From NCBI GenBank assembly GCA_963781585.1, contig CAWAGQ010000010.1, forward strand, positions 128,001 through 192,000: a stretch of DNA of 64,000 bases, written 5' to 3'. Positions 1 to 10,576 of this stretch are shown piece after piece. Source of the DNA: an uncultured Gemmatimonadaceae bacterium. GTDB taxonomy: Bacteria > Gemmatimonadota > Gemmatimonadetes > Gemmatimonadales > Gemmatimonadaceae. The notes below the pieces were generated by a model. It was not told where the DNA came from and did no database searches. It saw only the letters and a program-made list of their open reading frames with translations. Each line of letters opens with the position of its first letter. Within the stretch, counting starts at the first letter, position 1. The position numbers were made by a program, and so were the translations under genes.

Positions 1-284
1 GCCTAACGTGTCACTCGACCGTGGGGTGGGGCATCAATCCCCACGGCCCCGGATTCGACGCGGCGCGGATGGCGAAGGTCGCCGCGCCCATGTGTCTCGC
101 CTGTCACCTGCAGGTGCCGGGTCGTTCACCGTAGCCGTGGATTGACGGCGCCTTCGGGGTGGTGCCCGCTGGTCGCAGCGGGCATTTCCCTTACGTCGTG
201 CCGGATTCTTGCGGACTGACCGAGGACAAGTCGACAACCAGACTGGGGCGCATGTCCCGGACCCGTCCGCAAACGGAGGCGCCC

Positions 285-851
285 ATGATTCGAGTGCGCG
301 ACATCATGACCCCGCACGTCGTCACGCTCGCGGCTGATGCCACACTGCGTGACGCGGTCGACACGCTGGTGACGTGCCGCATAGGCGGAGCGCCGGTACT
401 GGAACGCGGGAAGGTCGTGGGCGTGCTCTCGGCGCCTGACGTGCTGGAGTTCGAGTCCGTGAATCCGATCGAGGAAATGCGTGACGAGGAGGAGGACGAC
501 AGCAGTTTCAGTCCAGCGTCGGAATGGGACGAGGGGGCCGAGGCTCCGTCCGCATTCTTCACCGATCTGTGGACCGACGATGGGTCTCCGGTCTCCGAGC
601 GGTTCCAGTCCACCCGTGGCCCTGAATGGGACTTCCTGGCGGACCATAGCGTCGGCGAAGCGATGACGCGCTCCGTCTGCACGGTCCCGGGCGCCCTCGA
701 AGTGTCCCTGGCGGCTCAGCGGATGCTTGCCGCTGGCGTGCAGCGGGCCCTCGTTACCTCCCACGGCAAGCTCGTCGGCATCCTGACCACAACCGACATC
801 TTGCGCGCGGTCGCCGAGCGCCGCCTGAGCGAGGGCGCTCCAGTCGGCTGA
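285..851 (+). CDS. CBS domain pair protein
   Basis: VRDIMTPHVVTL...GAPV...VVGVLS and VGEAMTRSV...LVGILTTTDIL CBS repeats; GGAGG RBS before ATG 285. Confidence 0.9.
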   Translation: MIRVRDIMTPHVVTLAADATLRDAVDTLVTCRIGGAPVLERGKVVGVLSAPDVLEFESVNPIEEMRDEEEDDSSFSPASEWDEGAEAPSAFFTDLWTDDGSPVSERFQSTRGPEWDFLADHSVGEAMTRSVCTVPGALEVSLAAQRMLAAGVQRALVTSHGKLVGILTTTDILRAVAERRLSEGAPVG

Positions 852-912
852 GTGGACGGCGGCTGGTTGACGTACAGGACCGCCGATCCCCGGGACCACG
901 CATCGAGCCGAT

Positions 913-1422
913 CTACGGAGACGCGACGATCCTGGTGCGTGTCGCCCACCACGTTCCCTTCTGCGGTGGGGTGTGGTGCTCGCTGTGCCGGATGACAAAG
1001 TCGCCTTCGATGCGGTCTCCAAGCAGGTCGCCGCGAAAGGTCGTGAGCAGCTCGCAGCCACAATCGGGCGATTTGTACGGTCTGATGGTGCCGAAGATCG
1101 TCGTGCCACTCACCCGCACAAAAGAGATGGTCAGTACCTGCGGATGCTGCCGCACCGGCGGCGTCGGCATTGCGGTCTCCGGTGCCGACGGCATCTGCTC
1201 TCGGGGAATCATGACCACGTCTCCGTAGGCGGTGTCCCGTCCAGTGGAGAGCTTGAAGGTGATCGAGCCGGTGCGCCCCGTCTCGTTGCTGCGGTATTCG
1301 CCGTTCCATTCACCTGCCAGTTCACGCAGATCGCCCGCGGCCCCGATGACCGGCACGGGATTCGGATGAATCGCGCATCCTGCGCCCAGAATCGCGATCG
1401 CCAACGCGGAGCAGATTCGCAT
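913..1422 (-). CDS. hypothetical lipoprotein
   Basis: Signal peptide with lipobox-like LGAGC; beta-rich body (LAGEWNGEY). Confidence 0.7.
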   Translation of the reverse strand: MRICSALAIAILGAGCAIHPNPVPVIGAAGDLRELAGEWNGEYRSNETGRTGSITFKLSTGRDTAYGDVVMIPREQMPSAPETAMPTPPVRQHPQVLTISFVRVSGTTIFGTIRPYKSPDCGCELLTTFRGDLLGDRIEGDFVIRHSEHHTPPQKGTWWATRTRIVASP

Positions 1423-1661
1423 CGGTCCCTCCCAGTCGTTGATCCTGCTTCCCCCGGTCCGTCACTCCTGTACTCCCACGATGATCCTCCTTCGAGCGCC
1501 GGGGAGTCGGGAAGACCTGAACAGCGGGTAAGAGTATCTTGCCCATACGAATGGCGTTGAAGGGTCCGGAGCGGAGGCCCGGCACGGGCGTCTTCCCTGA
1601 CGCGTCGAAGGAGTTCCGCCGACATTACGGGGCGGGGTCTCCAGTGGAACGTTCACCAGAG

Positions 1662-3551
1662 GTGCCTACGCCAGATCACGCTTCGCAGCGCGCCCTGCGC
1701 GCGGCGGTCATACCAGCCGCGGCCGTCGTGTTCGCGATGGCCGGTGCCGCGCTGCGCCTCACGAGCGCGAACCCGCGCTGGGGCGATGCCACCTGGATGG
1801 CGGGTCTTGTCATTGCCGGCGCGCCCGTCGTATGGCGCACGATCGGGCGCATTGCCATCGGGCACTTCGCGACCGACATCGTCGCGATGCTGGCGATCGT
1901 TACCGCGGTGGCCCTGCGCCAGCCGCTGGCGGGCCTGATCGTCGTCCTGATGCAGACGGGCGGTGAGGCACTGGAACGATTTGCCGAGGGCCGGGCGTCG
2001 CAGGCCGTTCGGCGGCTCGAGGAAGACGCACCGCGCGTAGCGCACCGGATGACAACTCGCGGCACGGAGGATTGCGCCGTAGACGAGATCGCGGTGGGCG
2101 ACAGTCTGCTGGTGCGCCCCGGCGAGATGGTGCCCTGTGATGGCCAGGTGCGCGAGGGAAAATCGCATGTGGACACCTCCCGCCTCACGGGAGAGCCCCT
2201 CCCGCTCACGGCGTCGGCGGGAACGAAGCTCCTGAGCGGAATGCTCAATGGAGAAGGTCCGCTCGTGATGCGCGCCACCGCCCTGTCGCGGGAAAGCCAG
2301 TACGCGCGCATCGTCGAGCTGGTGCGGTCCGCGGAGGCGAGCAAGTCGCCGCTGCAGCGCCTGGCGGATCGGTACGCGATCTGGTTCACCCCCATCACGC
2401 TGGTGGTGTGCGGCGCGAGCTGGCTGTTGTCCGGCGATGCGACCCGGGCGCTGGCGGTGCTGGTGGTCGCCACGCCGTGCCCGCTCATCCTGGCCACGCC
2501 GATCGCCATCATTGGCGGCATCAACCGGGCGGCAGCGCGACAGATCATCATGCGAACTGGCGGAGCGATGGAGCGCCTCGACCGCGTGCGCGTCGCGATC
2601 TTCGACAAGACCGGGACCATCACCATCGGCCGACCGGACGTCTCACGCGTGCGTGTTGTCCCGCCACATGACGAGCGCGAGGTGCTGCGCCTCGCCGGCG
2701 CGCTGGAGCAGCAGTCCGGACATCTGCTGGCGCGCAGCGTCGTGGAAGCCGCCGAACGACTCGGCGGGATTCTGCCCTCGGCGACGGATGCGCGGGAGTC
2801 TGCGGGGCGCGGGATCACCGGCACCGTCGAGGGCCGGCGGGTCAGCGTGGGCGCGCTGGGCTTCATCCGGGAGTCCCTCGATGGCGGGTCCGTCCCCGAA
2901 GCGCTGGACGTCGACGGGACCGGACTGCGGGCCTACGTCGCCATCGACGGCGCCGTGGTCGGCGCGCTCGACTACGCGGATCGCATCCGCCCGGGAGCCA
3001 GCGAATTGCTGGTCCGTCTCAAGGGCCTTGGGGTTCGACGCACGCTACTGCTCTCGGGAGACAGCGAGACGAACGCGCGCGCCGTCGCCCGGTCGGTGGG
3101 CATTCATGAAGTCCGGGGCGATCTCCTGCCCGCCGACAAGGTGGCGCAGGTGGCGGAACTCGCGGCGCGCGAGGGACACGTCCTGATGGTGGGCGACGGA
3201 ACCAACGACGCGCCGGCGTTGAGCCGGGCGGACGTGGGCATGGCGCTCGCCGGCCACGGGGGTGGGATCACCGCGGAAGCAGCGGACGTGGTCATCCTCA
3301 TAGACGATCTGGCGCGGGTCGGCGACGCCATTGCCATCAGTCGGCGAACGATGCGGATTGCGCGACAGAGCATCTGGGTTGGCCTCGCCCTGAGCGGCAC
3401 GGCGATGATCTTCGCTGCCGTCGGTACGATCGCACCGGTGCAGGGGGCCTTGCTGCAGGAGGTCATCGATGTGGCGGTGATCGTGAACGCACTGCGCGCC
3501 AGCTTCGGGGCGCGGCCGGTGGGCGGACGCACGCTGCCGGAAACGCGATAG
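1662..3551 (+). CDS. heavy-metal P-type ATPase, P1B-5 subtype, no hemerythrin domain
   Basis: TGE, TPCP, DKTGT, GDGTNDAPAL, Qx4Gx3Sx3M, Px6QEx2Dx5N; start approximate (GTG 1662; ORF open from 1539). Confidence 0.9.
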   Translation: MPTPDHASQRALRAAVIPAAAVVFAMAGAALRLTSANPRWGDATWMAGLVIAGAPVVWRTIGRIAIGHFATDIVAMLAIVTAVALRQPLAGLIVVLMQTGGEALERFAEGRASQAVRRLEEDAPRVAHRMTTRGTEDCAVDEIAVGDSLLVRPGEMVPCDGQVREGKSHVDTSRLTGEPLPLTASAGTKLLSGMLNGEGPLVMRATALSRESQYARIVELVRSAEASKSPLQRLADRYAIWFTPITLVVCGASWLLSGDATRALAVLVVATPCPLILATPIAIIGGINRAAARQIIMRTGGAMERLDRVRVAIFDKTGTITIGRPDVSRVRVVPPHDEREVLRLAGALEQQSGHLLARSVVEAAERLGGILPSATDARESAGRGITGTVEGRRVSVGALGFIRESLDGGSVPEALDVDGTGLRAYVAIDGAVVGALDYADRIRPGASELLVRLKGLGVRRTLLLSGDSETNARAVARSVGIHEVRGDLLPADKVAQVAELAAREGHVLMVGDGTNDAPALSRADVGMALAGHGGGITAEAADVVILIDDLARVGDAIAISRRTMRIARQSIWVGLALSGTAMIFAAVGTIAPVQGALLQEVIDVAVIVNALRASFGARPVGGRTLPETR

Positions 3552-3564
3552 GGCTGGCAGCCTT

Positions 3565-3602
3565 GTCAGCGCGCGGTAGCCGCGCCGTCAGAGTGCTGTC
3601 AG
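3565..3602. promoter_or_regulatory. candidate OmpR/PhoB-type tandem binding site
   Basis: GTCAG at 3565, 3587, 3598 and GTAGC at 3576: 11-bp period, upstream of the HK/RR pair. Confidence 0.45.
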
Positions 3603-3683
3603 CGGGCCCGATTCTGCTGAAGGCTCGTCCTTACGAGGGTCCCTCGGTCTTTCGTCGGCCCGTCTGACACCGTAGCGTGGACC

Positions 3684-5429
3684 ATGCGCCCGGACGGATC
3701 GACCTCATCGATCTCACGCGTCACGCTGCTGGCGGGACTGCTTGGCGCAACGGTGTTTCTTGCCGGCATGCTCGCCTACGAGGCGCACGACGCCGCGCGT
3801 TCGGAGCGTACGACGGCCGAGCACGCGCTGCAGGACTACGCGTCGGTGGCGGCCTGGGAGCTGCAGACGGCCGCCCGCAAACGGCTGGACGCGGCGGCGA
3901 CGCGAGCCCTGGGGCCGCTCGCCGGCCGGGTGGCGGTCACTCCATATGAGGTACTGCCGTCGCTTGCGGCCGTGCGCGCTGCGGCGTCGCAGGAGCTTCC
4001 CTGCGATGACGCGGGCGCCGATGCCGGGCGCCTGTACTTTCGCCTCGACCTGCGGAATGCCGGGTTGGCCACCGCACCCCTGGACGCCGCGCCACGAGGG
4101 GAGCGGGAGGTGCGCCCGCTCGCCCTGCACTTCGTCCGCGACATCGCCAAACCCGAGCAGCCCCTCGGCGTAGTGACGGCGGCGCCACCTGATTCCACGG
4201 ATCTGGTTGTGTTAGGCGCTCGGTATACGCTGCTCCGCGCTCCGGTTGCGGTCTATGGCTTCACGATCTGCCGTTCCGCTCTCGGCGCGTCGTTCTTCCG
4301 AAACGTCCTTCGCGACCATCCGCTTCTCCCTTCGACTGCCGGATCGAGAGTGCCGAACGATTCCCTGTTCGTCGTGGCGGTGGTGCGCACCGATGGCGAC
4401 ACCGTGTTCTCCAGCGGTGGGCCCGACCCGACACCTTTTGCTGCGGAGGCGGCCCTCGGATGGGGCGGACTGCGTACACAGGTGGCGATCCGGCGCGTTG
4501 CGATCGTGCAACTCCTCGTCCGCCCGCCGGTCCGTTCCCGCCTTGCGGTGCTGCTGGGTCTCCTGGTATTGACGGCGTCGCTGGCCGCCGTGGCCGTGCT
4601 GCAGATCCGGCGCGAGCACGAGCTTGCGAGACTGCGCGCCGACTTCATATCGAGCGTGTCGCACGAGCTGCGTACACCGCTTGCACAGATCCTCCTGTTC
4701 GGGGAGACGTTGAGCCTGGGGCGTGCGCGGAGCGAACCGGAGCGGCGCCTGGCCGCCCGCACCATCGTCCAGGAGGCGAGGCGCCTGATTCACATGGTGG
4801 AGAACATCCTGTCCTTCTCGCGACAGCGGAGCGGTGATCAAGCGCTCACGGTGCGCCCGGTTGCCATTGGCCCGCTGATCGACACGATTGTCGCACAGTT
4901 CGCGCCGCTGGCCGCGGCCGCGGGCGTGACGTTGGAGGCGCGTGCCGACCCCGGCGTCTTCGTCATGGCCGACGCGGGCGCCGTGCGGCAGATCATCCTG
5001 AATCTGCTGGATAATGCGGTGAAGTACGGGCCCGCGGGGCAGACCGTTCGGGTCTCGGGGGCCTGCCACGGGGACGGGGTGCGCGTGGCGGTGGAGGATC
5101 AGGGGCGCGGTGTGGAGCCGTCGGACCGCGAGCGTATCTGGAGCCCGTATGTGCGACTTCGGCGCGTTGCGTCGGATGGGATTGGTGGTAGCGGCCTCGG
5201 TCTGTCGGTGGTGCGTGAGCTGGTGGAGGCACTGGGCGGGCGGGTGACGATCGAGGACGGCGTCGCAGGCGGGGCGCGATTCGTGGTGGATCTGATGCGG
5301 GCGGACGGCTGGGCGCCGGGCCCCCCCCCCGAATCAAATATATCCGCGCTGGCCCGATCACACCGTCATCAATCGGTTGCCGCGCGAAGCACGCCGCCGC
5401 GATCGCCACAGCAGGGTGACACGCTGTGA
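3684..5429 (+). CDS. sensor histidine kinase (HisKA + HATPase_c)
   Basis: FISSVSHELRTPL H-box, NLLDNAVKY N-box, DQGRG, GSGLGL; two TM segments. Confidence 0.93.
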   Translation: MRPDGSTSSISRVTLLAGLLGATVFLAGMLAYEAHDAARSERTTAEHALQDYASVAAWELQTAARKRLDAAATRALGPLAGRVAVTPYEVLPSLAAVRAAASQELPCDDAGADAGRLYFRLDLRNAGLATAPLDAAPRGEREVRPLALHFVRDIAKPEQPLGVVTAAPPDSTDLVVLGARYTLLRAPVAVYGFTICRSALGASFFRNVLRDHPLLPSTAGSRVPNDSLFVVAVVRTDGDTVFSSGGPDPTPFAAEAALGWGGLRTQVAIRRVAIVQLLVRPPVRSRLAVLLGLLVLTASLAAVAVLQIRREHELARLRADFISSVSHELRTPLAQILLFGETLSLGRARSEPERRLAARTIVQEARRLIHMVENILSFSRQRSGDQALTVRPVAIGPLIDTIVAQFAPLAAAAGVTLEARADPGVFVMADAGAVRQIILNLLDNAVKYGPAGQTVRVSGACHGDGVRVAVEDQGRGVEPSDRERIWSPYVRLRRVASDGIGGSGLGLSVVRELVEALGGRVTIEDGVAGGARFVVDLMRADGWAPGPPPESNISALARSHRHQSVAARSTPPRSPQQGDTL

Positions 5430-6124
5430 CCGGCATCCTCATCGTGGAAGACAACGAGACCCTCGCACTGGGCCTCCGTGGAAACCTCGCGTTCGAGGGA
5501 TACGACGTCCTCGTGGCGCACGACGCGACCGCCGGGCTGCGCCAAGTCCGCGAGCACCGCCCCGATCTCATCATCCTCGACCTGATGCTCCCCGACCGGG
5601 ACGGCTATCGGGTGCTCCGCGAGTTGCGGGAGGCCGGTGATGCGACCCCCATTCTGGTCCTCACTGCGTTAGGCAGCGAGGCCGACAAGGTGCGCGCGTT
5701 CCGGTTTGGGGCGGACGATTACGTGACGAAGCCGTTTGGCATCATGGAGCTGCTCGCACGCGTCGACGCGCTGCTGCGCCGAGCGACAAACGGACGCGGG
5801 TCCCGCGCATCGGCGTCTCCCGCCATCGCGTTCGGCGACGTGCGCATTGACCCGGCCACGCGCACGGCGACGCGCGGGGGCGCGGACGTGGCGCTGCGAC
5901 CGCGGGAGTTCGACCTGCTGCTCGCCCTCGCACGGCGACAAGGACGCGTGGCCGGACGCGCCGAACTGCTGCGCGAAGTCTGGGGATACGACGATTCGGT
6001 CCTGAGCCGGACAGTGGACACCCACATCTCGGAGCTCCGGCGGAAGCTCGAGCGTGATCCGGCCGATCCCCGGCACATTCTCACCGTGCTCAAATCCGGA
6101 TACCGCCTGCGGCTCGATCCATGA
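5426..6124 (+). CDS. OmpR-family response regulator
   Basis: ILIVED, LIILDLMLP, DDYVTKPF, winged helix RTVDTHISELRRKLE; GTGA overlap with HK. Confidence 0.95.
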   Translation: MTGILIVEDNETLALGLRGNLAFEGYDVLVAHDATAGLRQVREHRPDLIILDLMLPDRDGYRVLRELREAGDATPILVLTALGSEADKVRAFRFGADDYVTKPFGIMELLARVDALLRRATNGRGSRASASPAIAFGDVRIDPATRTATRGGADVALRPREFDLLLALARRQGRVAGRAELLREVWGYDDSVLSRTVDTHISELRRKLERDPADPRHILTVLKSGYRLRLDP

Positions 6125-6298
6125 TGCTGCTGTCGAAGCGCTGACAGAGCCCGGACCTGGCCCGGACCGACGAAACGGCCCGCCGGTGCGAATATGGTAT
6201 CGGTCGCCGCGTGATCAGCACGCGGCATTCAGCTCTCAGCAGTCCGCTGGCGGCGGCTGACCTGTGACGCTTGCCCCCGTGACCTTGGCCCGGGCCTC

Positions 6299-7759
6299 AT
6301 GACCCTGTTCACGAAACGATCGGTCGCCGAGCTGCAGGTGGAAGCGGACCGTGGCATCCTCCGCCGGTCGCTTGGCCCGATGCACCTCACGGCCCTCGGC
6401 ATCGGGTCCATCATCGGCACGGGCATCTTCGTGCTCACCGGAACCGCCGCGTCGCAGAACGCAGGTCCGGCCCTCGTGATATCGATGGTCATCGCCGCCA
6501 TCGGCTGTGCGTTCGCAGGCCTCTGCTACGCCGAGCTCGCGTCGATGATCCCGGTCGCGGGCAGCGCCTACACCTATGCCTACGCGACGATCGGTGAGCT
6601 GTTCGCGTGGATCATCGGATGGGACCTCATCCTTGAATACGCCCTCAGCGGCTCCACGGTGGCGGTGGGCTGGTCTGGTTACCTCGTGAGCTTTCTCCAC
6701 GGCCTGGGCGTCGACATGCCCGCCGCGTTGACCGCGGCGCCCGGCAGTCCGGTCGTCACGTCCGCCGGCACGGTGACCGCGGTCTTCAATCTCCCGGCAG
6801 CCGTCATCATCGTGCTCGTGTCGTCCCTGCTCACGATCGGGATTCGCGAGTCGGCCGGCACCAACACGGTTCTGGTGGTGATCAAGAGCAGCGTGCTGGT
6901 GCTGTTCGTGGCGGTGGGCGCGGCGTTCGTGCGACGCGAGAATCTCACGCCGTTCGTGCCGCCCAACACCGGGACGTTCGGCGAGTTCGGTCCGAGCGGC
7001 ATCCTCCGCGGCGCGGCGGTCATGTTCTTCGCCTACATCGGATTCGACGCCGTTTCCACCGCGGCGCAGGAGGCGCGCGATCCGCAGCGCGACATGCCCA
7101 TCGGCATCCTCGCGTCCCTGGCCATCTGCACGGTCCTCTACATCGCCGTGGCAATCGTCGTCATCGGCATCGTGCCATATCGGGAACTGAACGTGCCCGA
7201 TCCGCTCGCCGTCGGCATCGACCGCACCGGACTCCTCTGGTTGAGCCCCATCATCAAGGTCAGCGCGCTGTTCGGGTTGTTCAGCACCATCCTGGTCGTG
7301 CTGCTCGGACAATCGCGCATCTTCTATTCCATGAGTCGGGATGGGTTCCTGCCCGACCTGTTCGCCCGCGTCCATCCCCGCTTCCGCACCCCCCATCTCA
7401 GCACCATGGTCACCGGTACGGTCGTCGCGTTAGGCGCGGGACTGCTGCCGCTCAAGCTGCTGAGCCAGCTGGTGAGCATGGGCACGCTGCTGGCGTTCGT
7501 TCTGGTGTGCATCGGCATCGTGGTCCTCCGGAGAACGGCGCCCGCCCTGCCTCGTCCCTTCCGGACGCCAGCCGTCCCATGGATCCCCGCGCTCGGCGCC
7601 CTGATCTGCTTCGTACAGATGCTGGGGCTGCCCTGGGCCACCTGGGAGCGGCTCATCGTCTGGCTGATCGCCGGCCTCGTGCTCTACACGACCTACGGAC
7701 GCCGCCGCGTTGCCGCCCGCCGCACCCCGCGGGAATCGGTCGGCGTCCAGTCTGCCTGA
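6299..7759 (+). CDS. amino acid permease (APC superfamily)
   Basis: GSIIGTGIF, YAELASMIPVAGSAYTY, FFAYIGFDAV; about 12 TM. Confidence 0.95.
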   Translation: MTLFTKRSVAELQVEADRGILRRSLGPMHLTALGIGSIIGTGIFVLTGTAASQNAGPALVISMVIAAIGCAFAGLCYAELASMIPVAGSAYTYAYATIGELFAWIIGWDLILEYALSGSTVAVGWSGYLVSFLHGLGVDMPAALTAAPGSPVVTSAGTVTAVFNLPAAVIIVLVSSLLTIGIRESAGTNTVLVVIKSSVLVLFVAVGAAFVRRENLTPFVPPNTGTFGEFGPSGILRGAAVMFFAYIGFDAVSTAAQEARDPQRDMPIGILASLAICTVLYIAVAIVVIGIVPYRELNVPDPLAVGIDRTGLLWLSPIIKVSALFGLFSTILVVLLGQSRIFYSMSRDGFLPDLFARVHPRFRTPHLSTMVTGTVVALGAGLLPLKLLSQLVSMGTLLAFVLVCIGIVVLRRTAPALPRPFRTPAVPWIPALGALICFVQMLGLPWATWERLIVWLIAGLVLYTTYGRRRVAARRTPRESVGVQSA

Positions 7760-7913
7760 CGAGGCGTCCGACAAATCCTCACACCGGAACGTCCCGAGTC
7801 CCCACAGCCGCTCAGTGGGGAGCGGACAGACCACCCGCACTGCGGCGGGCATCTTGCCGCGGGAACAACGGCGCGCCAGCCGGTGTCCGGACTGGGCAAA
7901 CGCGGAGGAGACC

Positions 7914-9203
7914 ATGTCGAGCGCGGCTGTCATGAAGAAGGAGGACCTGGACCGGTCCTACGACCCCGTGACGGCGGTCGGACCGATCCTCGTGGCAACG
8001 GACGGAACCGAATCGAGTGAGGCGGCGCTCAAGGCCACGGCGCAGCTCGCCTCACGAGCGGACTCCAGCGTCACCGTGGTCACCGTGCTCGAGTTGCTGC
8101 CCCTGGTGGCAGCCGACTACGGCCTCCTGCTGCCCCCCCGGGATGTGAGCCTGACGCGTCGCAACGCGCTGCTCGACCGGGTGCGCGGTCAGGTCGCCGG
8201 GATCGTGGGGAAGCGCACCGACTGGCGGGTCGAGCTGCGGGAGGGTGATCCGGCCACGGCCATCGCCCACGCCGCGCGAGAGATGGGCGCACGACTTATC
8301 GTGGCCGGGATAGGGCACCACGACCTGCTGGACCGGCTGTTCGGCGGAGAAACCGCGCTACACACGTTGCGGCTCGCCAGAACGCCGGTACTCGCAGTTT
8401 CGCCCAAGTACGATCATCTCCCGCGACGAGCGGTCGTCGCGACCGACTTCAGCGTGGCCAGCGTCCGAGCGGCCCGCACCGGACTTGCGCTCTTCGACTC
8501 CCTCTCGATGGTCTATATCGCGCACGTGGCGCCGCGGCTCGAGCTGCAACCCGAGGCCTTCGCCGCCTGGATGTCCCTGTATGGGGAAGGCGTGGGTCCG
8601 GCATTCGAGCGGGTGAAGGCCGAACTGGGCATACCGTCCGACATCACGGTCGAGACGATCACCCTGCAGGGAAAGGCATCGCGGGAACTGCTGGAGTTCG
8701 CGCGATCGGCCAATGTCGATCTCGTCATCACGGGGAGCCGGGGCGCCGGTCTCATCGACCGGATCCTGGTGGGAAGTACGGCTACCGGACTGATTCGAGG
8801 GGCACAGTGCTCGGTTCTGGCCGTGCCCACACCCAGTCTGGCCGAGCGGCGATTCGAGATCCCCGAGGGCGATAAGGTCACGATCCCAAGGGAGCAGTGG
8901 GCGCGGGAGCTGGAGGCGTTCACGAGGCGCAATGCAGGCCGCCGCGCAGCGCTCGAGGTGGACGATCCCGAATTCGGCGCGCAGGCGCAGGAGCACGACT
9001 ACCCCTTCCAGGGTATCGCCTACGATCACAACGATGCCCGTGTCGAGATCATGCTCGGTGACTTCGTGGGCACGCTGCGGCACCTGGCGCGCGGCATCGC
9101 CAACGTGCACGAGATCGACCTGCTGCGCGACGAGCGGGGCCGTGACTGGATCGTGCGTCTGGCGCACGGAGATGGTCAGACGATCCTGACACTCGCGCGG
9201 TAG
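7914..9203 (+). CDS. tandem universal stress protein with C-terminal DUF5335-like domain
   Basis: Two USP domains (ILVATDG...; VVATDFS...GSRGAG...LVGSTA); C-terminal IPREQW...FTRRNAGR; GGAGGAG RBS. Confidence 0.85.
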   Translation: MSSAAVMKKEDLDRSYDPVTAVGPILVATDGTESSEAALKATAQLASRADSSVTVVTVLELLPLVAADYGLLLPPRDVSLTRRNALLDRVRGQVAGIVGKRTDWRVELREGDPATAIAHAAREMGARLIVAGIGHHDLLDRLFGGETALHTLRLARTPVLAVSPKYDHLPRRAVVATDFSVASVRAARTGLALFDSLSMVYIAHVAPRLELQPEAFAAWMSLYGEGVGPAFERVKAELGIPSDITVETITLQGKASRELLEFARSANVDLVITGSRGAGLIDRILVGSTATGLIRGAQCSVLAVPTPSLAERRFEIPEGDKVTIPREQWARELEAFTRRNAGRRAALEVDDPEFGAQAQEHDYPFQGIAYDHNDARVEIMLGDFVGTLRHLARGIANVHEIDLLRDERGRDWIVRLAHGDGQTILTLAR

Positions 9204-9256
9204 TGCGCTCACCGGACAACGGGGTCCCGTGTGGTTCGCGGGACCCGTCGTCCGGC

Positions 9257-10519
9257 TCACCAGAAGACTGTCAGCGACACCGCTGCAACCGCCAACTGAA
9301 TCGCCAGCCCTACGCCGGCCAGACGCTTGAATGGCGACCTGCCGAGAACCTGCGTGAGGACGAGCTTCAGCACGGAGTTAGCGATCACGCCGATGGCAAT
9401 AGCGCGCGCAGCCAGCGGAACGAGGTCGGCTGACGATCCCAGTCGGTTCATCGAAAGCGTCAGGGCGTCCATGTCGGTGAGTCCGAGCACTGCCGCCGAC
9501 GCCAGCACTCCCGCGGCGCCCAGGCGCTGGCGCACCGCGCTGAGCACCATCAGGGAGACCTGAAAAGCAACCGCCATCTTGATGGCCGACCACAGGCGGA
9601 GCGGACTCGACGCATGGTGCTCGGGGGCATCGCGTTTCGTCGGCTCCCATTGGCGCAGGAACGCGTACGCAACCATGGCCACTCCGGCGATCAGGGGCGC
9701 CAGGAAGAACGGAAGGAGCGCGAGGGCGACCCGGTACGACAGGACGCCGCTCAGGACGAGCACGCGCGGGAGCAACACGGTGCAGGCGCCGACCACCCCC
9801 ACCGCCAGACCTTCCGGGGACTGCTCCGCATCATGGCTGGCGCGCGAAAACTGGAAGGCGACCGCGGTCGACGAGATGAGTCCGCCCAGCATGCCCGCCA
9901 CTCCGTACCCTCGTTCCTCCCCCACCGCCTTCCGAGCGAGATAGCCGGCAAAGTTCAGCCCCGAGAACAGCAGGACCACCATCCACAGGGCGCGCAATTG
10001 CACGCCGCCGAACGGGCCGTAGGTGGTGTCGGGGAGGAGCGGCAGCACCACCAGCGCGAGCACGGCGAACTGTGCCGTGGCGCGCATCTCGTGTTCGCCG
10101 ATGCGCGTCGCCGCTGCGCGCACGCGCGCCTTCTCGCTCAGGGCCAGTACCATAACCGCCGTGGCGCCGCCGGCAATCTCGAGGTAGCCGAGCCCGGCCG
10201 CCGCGCCTAACGCGATGACCAGGACCGCGGCCACTTCGGTGGTGGCCTCCACCGCGACGCCGCCGGGTCGTGCGGCGGCCAGGTACGCCGCGACCACCAG
10301 CGTCAGCTCGCCGGCGATGAGCGTGACCCCCAACGCACCCGAACCGGCGGCGACGAGCCACCCGGCCACGCCGGCCGTCCCGCCGAGGAGGAGGAAGGTA
10401 CGGATCCCGGCGAACCGACGATGTGGTCCCGTCGCGTGGCCCGATCGCTCGCGCTCGAGGCCGACCGCGAGTCCGCTCAGCGCGGCGACGGATAGGCGCA
10501 CCACGACCGGATCGATCAC
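9257..10519 (-). CDS. MgtC/SapB family membrane protein with DUF4010
   Basis: GLAVGLERE, FAGIRTF, TTEVA, GGLISSTA, GLTDMDA. Confidence 0.9.
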   Translation of the reverse strand: MIDPVVVRLSVAALSGLAVGLERERSGHATGPHRRFAGIRTFLLLGGTAGVAGWLVAAGSGALGVTLIAGELTLVVAAYLAAARPGGVAVEATTEVAAVLVIALGAAAGLGYLEIAGGATAVMVLALSEKARVRAAATRIGEHEMRATAQFAVLALVVLPLLPDTTYGPFGGVQLRALWMVVLLFSGLNFAGYLARKAVGEERGYGVAGMLGGLISSTAVAFQFSRASHDAEQSPEGLAVGVVGACTVLLPRVLVLSGVLSYRVALALLPFFLAPLIAGVAMVAYAFLRQWEPTKRDAPEHHASSPLRLWSAIKMAVAFQVSLMVLSAVRQRLGAAGVLASAAVLGLTDMDALTLSMNRLGSSADLVPLAARAIAIGVIANSVLKLVLTQVLGRSPFKRLAGVGLAIQLAVAAVSLTVFW

Positions 10520-10576
10520 CGTGGTGTTGCCGGCGGTGAAGCGGCGACGGTCAGCCAGCGCTGGCCGGCTGACCCT

